Source: Psychromonas sp.
Lineage (GTDB): Bacteria > Pseudomonadota > Gammaproteobacteria > Enterobacterales > Psychromonadaceae
Assembly: GCA_047629075.1 (NCBI GenBank)
Contig: JBLHWW010000001.1
Span: 2,261-66,260, forward strand
Length of the DNA: 64,000 bases
Direction of reading: 5' to 3'
In this document: one piece after another, positions 59,586 through 64,000 of the stretch
Position numbering within the stretch: the stretch's first letter is position 1
Layout: each line of letters begins with the position of its first letter
Notes under the pieces: model-generated
Seen by the model: the letters and a program-made list of their open reading frames with translations, nothing else
What the model was told of the DNA's origin: nothing
The model's database searches: none
Translations under genes and position numbers: made by a program

Positions 59586-59879
59586 ATGAAGTCATTCAAT
59601 AACGCTTTCGAGTTGTTAACAGACGATGTCAAAGAGATAGAAAACTACACAATGCGTTCAAACATGATGAATGCGATCGTTGATTTAATTAAGGAGAAAG
59701 ATTGGACACAAAAAGAAGCAGCTAAACACTTAGATGTGTCACAGCCGCGCATTAGCAACCTGAAGAACGGGAAAGTAAGTAAGTTTTCAGTTGATATGCT
59801 AATAGGGATGTTAGCTAAGCTAGGTTTTACCTTTGAATTTAACTACACCCCCACAAAGCAAGCCGACATTAATTTATAA
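59586..59879 (+). CDS. XRE HTH protein, HigA-like (HTH_37-type)
   Basis: WTQKEAAKHLDVSQPRISNLKNGKVSKFSVDML; start ATG 59586 after GAGG. Confidence 0.8.
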   Translation: MKSFNNAFELLTDDVKEIENYTMRSNMMNAIVDLIKEKDWTQKEAAKHLDVSQPRISNLKNGKVSKFSVDMLIGMLAKLGFTFEFNYTPTKQADINL

Positions 59880-59898
59880 GTAAATAACGGGAATTAAC

Positions 59899-60318
59899 AT
59901 GAATAACGAACTTAACAAAAAGTACCTTTTCGCTCTGTGTGAATTTATAAAAAATAAAGAGGAAATGGAAGAATTCAAATTGGAATCAATACAGTCTGGA
60001 TTGCTAACTAAACAGGATTGTTCAAATTTTGAGTGCTCTGATCAACCACTGCCATTGACTAACTATCCTGGTTCCGTTGAAGGTCCAATGAAAAAAATTA
60101 CTCATTTTATGGAACTCAACCCGGACTATGCGCACTCCTGGACGGCCAATATTGCAATGCTGATGTTTGACGAGGGCGTTAGCCATCATTCAGCAAATCA
60201 GCGGGCATCTAGGTTTGTTGCTCGCGTGTTTGATTTATCGTTTATTCCGGAGCAGCCAGAGCGGGCTAACGATAATGCAATAAACACGCCGGCGGTTACA
60301 ATGGAATTATCCACATAA
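59899..60318 (+). CDS. Hypothetical protein
   Basis: 139 aa; DYAHSWTANIAM...DEG...AN..A.RF. Confidence 0.7.
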   Translation: MNNELNKKYLFALCEFIKNKEEMEEFKLESIQSGLLTKQDCSNFECSDQPLPLTNYPGSVEGPMKKITHFMELNPDYAHSWTANIAMLMFDEGVSHHSANQRASRFVARVFDLSFIPEQPERANDNAINTPAVTMELST

Positions 60319-60370
60319 TTCAAACCAATTAGATTTAAAGATTGCATCTTACGGTTAATGTGTTAATATA
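60317..60370 (+). promoter_or_regulatory. Cassette-type promoter module without hairpin or leader
   Basis: AATTCAAACCAATTAGATTTAAAGATTGCATC...TGTGTTAATAT, matching the 44.5 kb copy. Confidence 0.8.
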
Positions 60371-60417
60371 CCCTCAATGAAGCAAAACATACGTTTTGCG
60401 ATTTGAGGCCACACAAA

Positions 60418-60705
60418 ATGAATAAAATTGATCAAACTGGATTTACAGTGCTGTACACTCAAGAGCAGATTGATACGCTAGTAAATTTTGCTGTAATGTC
60501 GGTTTTCATGCCGATATGTCCAAAAATACTTGCCATTCAAATGGCACGTTCATGGAGTAGCGAACTTAGCGTCCAACTTGACATGCTTAGCATTGTTGAA
60601 TACGCGGTAAATATAGGTAAGCTTAATAAAATCTCTTTTAAATGCAACACCGGATTATCTGTTCGACATATGATTGTGTTGCCAGGATTCCACATTGTTG
60701 ATTAA
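60418..60705 (+). CDS. Hypothetical protein downstream of cassette promoter
   Basis: Likely start ATG 60418 after GAGG. Confidence 0.6.
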   Translation: MNKIDQTGFTVLYTQEQIDTLVNFAVMSVFMPICPKILAIQMARSWSSELSVQLDMLSIVEYAVNIGKLNKISFKCNTGLSVRHMIVLPGFHIVD

Positions 60706-60943
60706 AACACTATTTGATATATAGTGTTTTACTTTATTCGTTTAGACGGGTTATAAATTTAACGTCAAAAAATAGCGAAGGATGTTAAAATGATTAGAAA
60801 AAATATTAAAATCTCAGGAAGAAAAGTTAAAGAATTTAATAAAACCCAGCCTGAAATCCATTTAACTAATGAGTATATAAATGGTAGGCAAGTTATGCCC
60901 GTAATTAAACAAATTACAGTCAGAGATTGTTTACTGCCAAAAA

Positions 60944-61216
60944 TTGGTGTTCGATGTGGATAGTTTGGTTTTTATTATTTTTCTGTTTACATTGTCATCC
61001 ACATTAATTGGCCTGGCATTTCTTTTCCTTTTTAAAGAAAAAATAAATAACGAATCAATGGAGCGTCAAGTTTTTCTTGCTGTAAAGAATGTGATATCTG
61101 ATTTAAATATAAGGTTTGATGATACTGATCAAATCACAGCAGTAAATCTTAAAAAGATTCTAATGGATATTGAAAAAGGCAGGGCAGTTGACATAAAGCG
61201 ATCAGTTAATCGCTGA
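60944..61216 (+). CDS. Hypothetical membrane-anchored protein
   Basis: N-terminal hydrophobic helix. Confidence 0.5.
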   Translation: MVFDVDSLVFIIFLFTLSSTLIGLAFLFLFKEKINNESMERQVFLAVKNVISDLNIRFDDTDQITAVNLKKILMDIEKGRAVDIKRSVNR

Positions 61217-61358
61217 TTTAATTAAAGCGCCAGCATACCGGCGCTAACAACCTACAACTTAACTACAGCTGTCATTAACCTACCATCCTTTAAGTCTAGG
61301 ATGGTAGGCAGCAATAATTTGTACAGTAAACAATTGTATAATAACAGGATAAATTATA

Positions 61359-61538
61359 ATGAGTAAAGCAACAGAATGGTCCGACTACGGTCAGGTAATG
61401 TTCGAAGAGAAACATTGGAAGCAAGTTCTAAAAAATAGGTCGGCTGTCGGTTGTCGTGGTAATGGTCCAGGGTCCACCGAAGAAGCCCTAGACAAGTTGA
61501 GAAAAGCCCGAGAAAAAGCCGCCTTTTACCGACGGTAA
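61359..61538 (+). CDS. Small hypothetical protein (59 aa, below ORF-track cutoff)
   Basis: AGGA RBS, MSKATEWSDYGQVMFEEKHW...; converges on the MTase gene end. Confidence 0.5.
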   Translation: MSKATEWSDYGQVMFEEKHWKQVLKNRSAVGCRGNGPGSTEEALDKLRKAREKAAFYRR

Positions 61539-62170
61539 TACTGAAGTTTTTTAATTAACTGCCTACCGATGTGCTCAGTGTAAATAGGGGGGATAGCCTG
61601 AGCCAATTCTTTCTGACCCAGCCAATCAATGCCCATTGCTGCCTGTGCAAATTTAACGCCGGAAAAATTTCAGACTACATGCATAAATTTCCCCTCTTCA
61701 GGTGGCCGCCCCATTTTAACATTTTTTGCGGTATGCTTGTTTTTTGGTGGCAGTATTAGTTTAATGTTGGATTCGAATATTCTGGGTCTGTAAGTTTTCA
61801 TCCATGGGAACATACACCCACAATATTCAACAGGGTCTAAAAGTGGAGCGCCACGAGTATTTTCAATCACCCATGGTTTACCTATTGATATGAATGCTGC
61901 TCTTACAGCCTCAATAAAACACGGGTAAGATTTTCCTGCTATTCGGTGTTGCATAGCCGCTTTTGTGTGTGCTTGACAAGGCGGGCTGGCGTGAAATGCA
62001 TCATAAAGATGATGGTTAGCTAGTAGATATTCAATAGCATCTGATTGAATAAATTCAAACGGGTATTTCTCTTGGTGGTCTATATCTATACCGGTTACCT
62101 CAAATCCAGCATTATGGTAACCTTTGGCAGCACCTCCACCACAACAAAATAAATCTAGCAATTTGACCAT
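61526..62170 (-). pseudogene. C5-cytosine methyltransferase-like gene interrupted by one in-frame TGA (61670-61672)
   Basis: LLDLFCCGGG, ASPPCQ, VIEN motifs; the frame continues after TGA as NFSGVKFAQAAMGIDWLGQKELAQAIPPIYTEHIGRQL to TAA at 61526. Confidence 0.85.
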
Positions 62171-62676
62171 TGTCCACCCCTAACTTTATTTGCCTTAGCT
62201 TCTTTTGGATCGGGCCAGATATTGCACGTAACACCGTGCAATTCTTTGGCTGATAATTCGTCCATTGCAATCATAAATGGATGAACTACGCCAGTATGAA
62301 AAACGACCCACTTATAGGAATCTGTCGTATTGAGTTCCATAAAATGGTGGGCAATAAATTTACACACAGTAACTATTTTTTCGATTTCATTTGGAACTTT
62401 TGACAGCAACCTGTATATATCTTGAGGGCGTGAATCTATTGCCTCTATCAATTTTTCGGCTAAAACCTTAATGTCAGTATCATTTGCTTTATTTTCTACT
62501 TTTAGCTCAGGCCAATGCCCCTTTGCCCTTTGATCTGCGATAAAAATAGGCTGTGATGAACCGTTGACACTATCGTAAATCCACCCGCCAAACGTTCTGC
62601 GATAGCCTGCAAATTGCTCATTAAATTTAAGGTTAAGAACATCGTTAATAATTTTACTGGTGTCTGTGTTATTCAT
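62155..62676 (-). CDS. Hypothetical protein
   Basis: 173 aa, coupled. Confidence 0.65.
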   Translation of the reverse strand: MNNTDTSKIINDVLNLKFNEQFAGYRRTFGGWIYDSVNGSSQPIFIADQRAKGHWPELKVENKANDTDIKVLAEKLIEAIDSRPQDIYRLLSKVPNEIEKIVTVCKFIAHHFMELNTTDSYKWVVFHTGVVHPFMIAMDELSAKELHGVTCNIWPDPKEAKANKVRGGQWSNC

Positions 62677-63044
62677 GATTGATCACCTTGATTTTTGGTT
62701 TCTGGTAAATACTGCCAACTGACAGCACCGCATGATTCAGCGTGAGTTTTATATTTCCCATTACCCTCGAAATATTCAATTGCTCTTCCAGTCTCCCACT
62801 TGCATGAGTCAGGCGTTAAAGGATTTCCTTTAAATCTAACCAATATCATTCTTCCATCGGGTTCGGGCGTTAATTCAGCGAGTAGGGCCGGGTATCCGAA
62901 CGACCCTACCGCCGGGATTTCATTAAGCGCGTAATTGTGCTGGTTTTTTTCTATCCATTCCATTGCGTCGCCAGGCGTCATTGCTGCCAAGGAATTAAGG
63001 CTCATTGGAGAGTCTTTTAGATCTTGCAAATATTTATTGGTCAT
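62673..63044 (-). CDS. Hypothetical protein
   Basis: 123 aa; C-terminal VSWQYLPE. Confidence 0.65.
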   Translation of the reverse strand: MTNKYLQDLKDSPMSLNSLAAMTPGDAMEWIEKNQHNYALNEIPAVGSFGYPALLAELTPEPDGRMILVRFKGNPLTPDSCKWETGRAIEYFEGNGKYKTHAESCGAVSWQYLPETKNQGDQS

Positions 63045-63141
63045 GATTTATTCCCGTTTTTAATATAGTAAAGCGCTATAGTTTAATTAAACCATAGCGT
63101 GTTAATACCCCCTCAAATAAGCGAAAATACCTATAGCTATT

Positions 63142-63408
63142 TTAGGTTACGTCTTTTTTGTGTTTAATTACAGTGTCAGGCTGATATTCACCATCTTTTA
63201 TTTCTCTCGTCAGTGCTATCTTTGCACCCAAAAGAAAAGCGTCTCCTTCTTCAGGCGTTTTAATTTCAACAATAAGATCACTGAATCCGCAATTGCTAGC
63301 TCTTGCGCGGATAAATAAATTATCCCCCTGGAACATCACTAAAAGGCCCAAATTTGATATTTGCTTTTCAAAATTACTGTACCATTTTATTTGTTCGACA
63401 ATTTTCAT
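63142..63408 (-). CDS. Hypothetical protein
   Basis: 88 aa, AGGA RBS. Confidence 0.6.
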   Translation of the reverse strand: MKIVEQIKWYSNFEKQISNLGLLVMFQGDNLFIRARASNCGFSDLIVEIKTPEEGDAFLLGAKIALTREIKDGEYQPDTVIKHKKDVT

Positions 63409-63513
63409 GCTTCTATTCCTACTCGGTTGTTTTAAGTTCTGGTTCGTTTTTTAGTTACTTTAGATTTTTGGTCATAGCTCCGCCGTTTGATTAATTGTTA
63501 GCGGTAATTTGAA

Positions 63514-63589
63514 TGGTGCCCCGAGCAGGATTTGAACCTACAACCTGTCAATTATGAGTTGATTGCTCTACCAGTTGAGCTATCGGGGC
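63514..63589 (-). tRNA. tRNA with CAT anticodon (Ile2-like; Met not excluded)
   Basis: GCCCCGA-TAGCTCAACTGGTAGAGC-A-ATCAA-CTCATAA-TTGAC-AGGTT-GTAGG-TTCAAAT-CCTGC-TCGGGGC-ACCA; 76 nt with encoded CCA. Confidence 0.92.
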
Positions 63590-63690
63590 TTACTCCGTAG
63601 GAGGTGTTAAATTGGGCTTGTAGTGAAGGGTTTGAGCCTTAAATTTTGAGTTTTGGCACAATTTACACCAGTAAAAATTATCAAGCACAA

Positions 63691-63777
63691 AAGGCTTAAA
63701 TCTGAACCCTAGCAATCAAGGTGAACAAAGCATTTGTAGGAATTACCTACGAATGCCAAGATTCAGATTTAAGCCTT
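63691..63777. other. Structured non-coding element (16-bp closing stem with internal hairpin)
   Basis: AAGGCTTAAATCTGAA ... TTCAGATTTAAGCCTT enclosing GCATTTGTAGG-AATTA-CCTACGAATGC. Confidence 0.6.
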
Positions 63778-64000
63778 AATTACTTTATTCTTTAGCAGTT
63801 CCTACGCCGCTGATTAATTTAGATTTCAATCTCTGTTTTCTTAATTAATCTGTGTTTATTCTCGTTTAAAAATTCGATTACTGCAAGTTATTTTCTTCAT
63901 TAATTGCTAACCTGTATTCATGATAATTTGTATTATCAACTTCAATTCTGGCAATTTCAACTAGATCAAGTGAACAAGAAAACATAGCTAAATTTTCGGC

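Noticed and set aside
61279-61308. 11-bp stem hairpin CCTACCATCCT/AGGATGGTAGG
   Set aside because: Real hairpin but single-copy with no U-tract or other context; function cannot be assigned
61670-61672. Genome-wide TGA reassignment
   Set aside because: Many genes end at TGA with ATGA/GTGA/TTGA coupling to the next gene (e.g. 1167, 20045, 22333), and long genes have no internal TGA
63691-63777. Retron msr-msd ncRNA
   Set aside because: Only 87 nt and no reverse transcriptase in the window; kept only as a generic structured element

Overview
The whole window is part of an AT-rich tailed phage (siphovirus-type) genome or prophage. No integrase, reverse transcriptase or host gene is visible. 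1-16.6 kb (minus strand) is the virion module: head morphogenesis protein, portal, scaffold, P22 gp5-type capsid, head-tail proteins, tail tube, frameshifted tail chaperone, tape measure, tail tip and a truncated fibre/spike. The terminase pair (26.1-28.3 kb) is separated from it by about 9.5 kb of accessory genes. 49.9-57.8 kb is a lambdoid-style replication/nin region (initiator with iterons, DnaC-like loader, DnaB, KilA-N, NinG, MT-A70 MTase), and a CAT-anticodon tRNA lies at 63.5 kb. Accessory cargo includes an Acb2 homologue, an IbrA/IbrB-like plus SNF2 block, two GNATs, an HslV-like protease, an NrtS-like protein and a C5 MTase broken by one in-frame TGA. The most striking unexplained structure is a dispersed cassette system. 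Six intact paralogues (plus a 3' relic) of an Imm5-like helical protein with a hypervariable Ala/Tyr/Asn-rich segment are each framed by a conserved non-coding module (3' box + GC hairpin, sigma70-like promoter, leader). The same module also frames unrelated genes, and the paralogues are patchworks of each other. A second duplicated Ala-rich gene pair and a 9-module HTH-like repeat array over two genes also stand out. All family assignments are from motif recognition by eye; no search was run.
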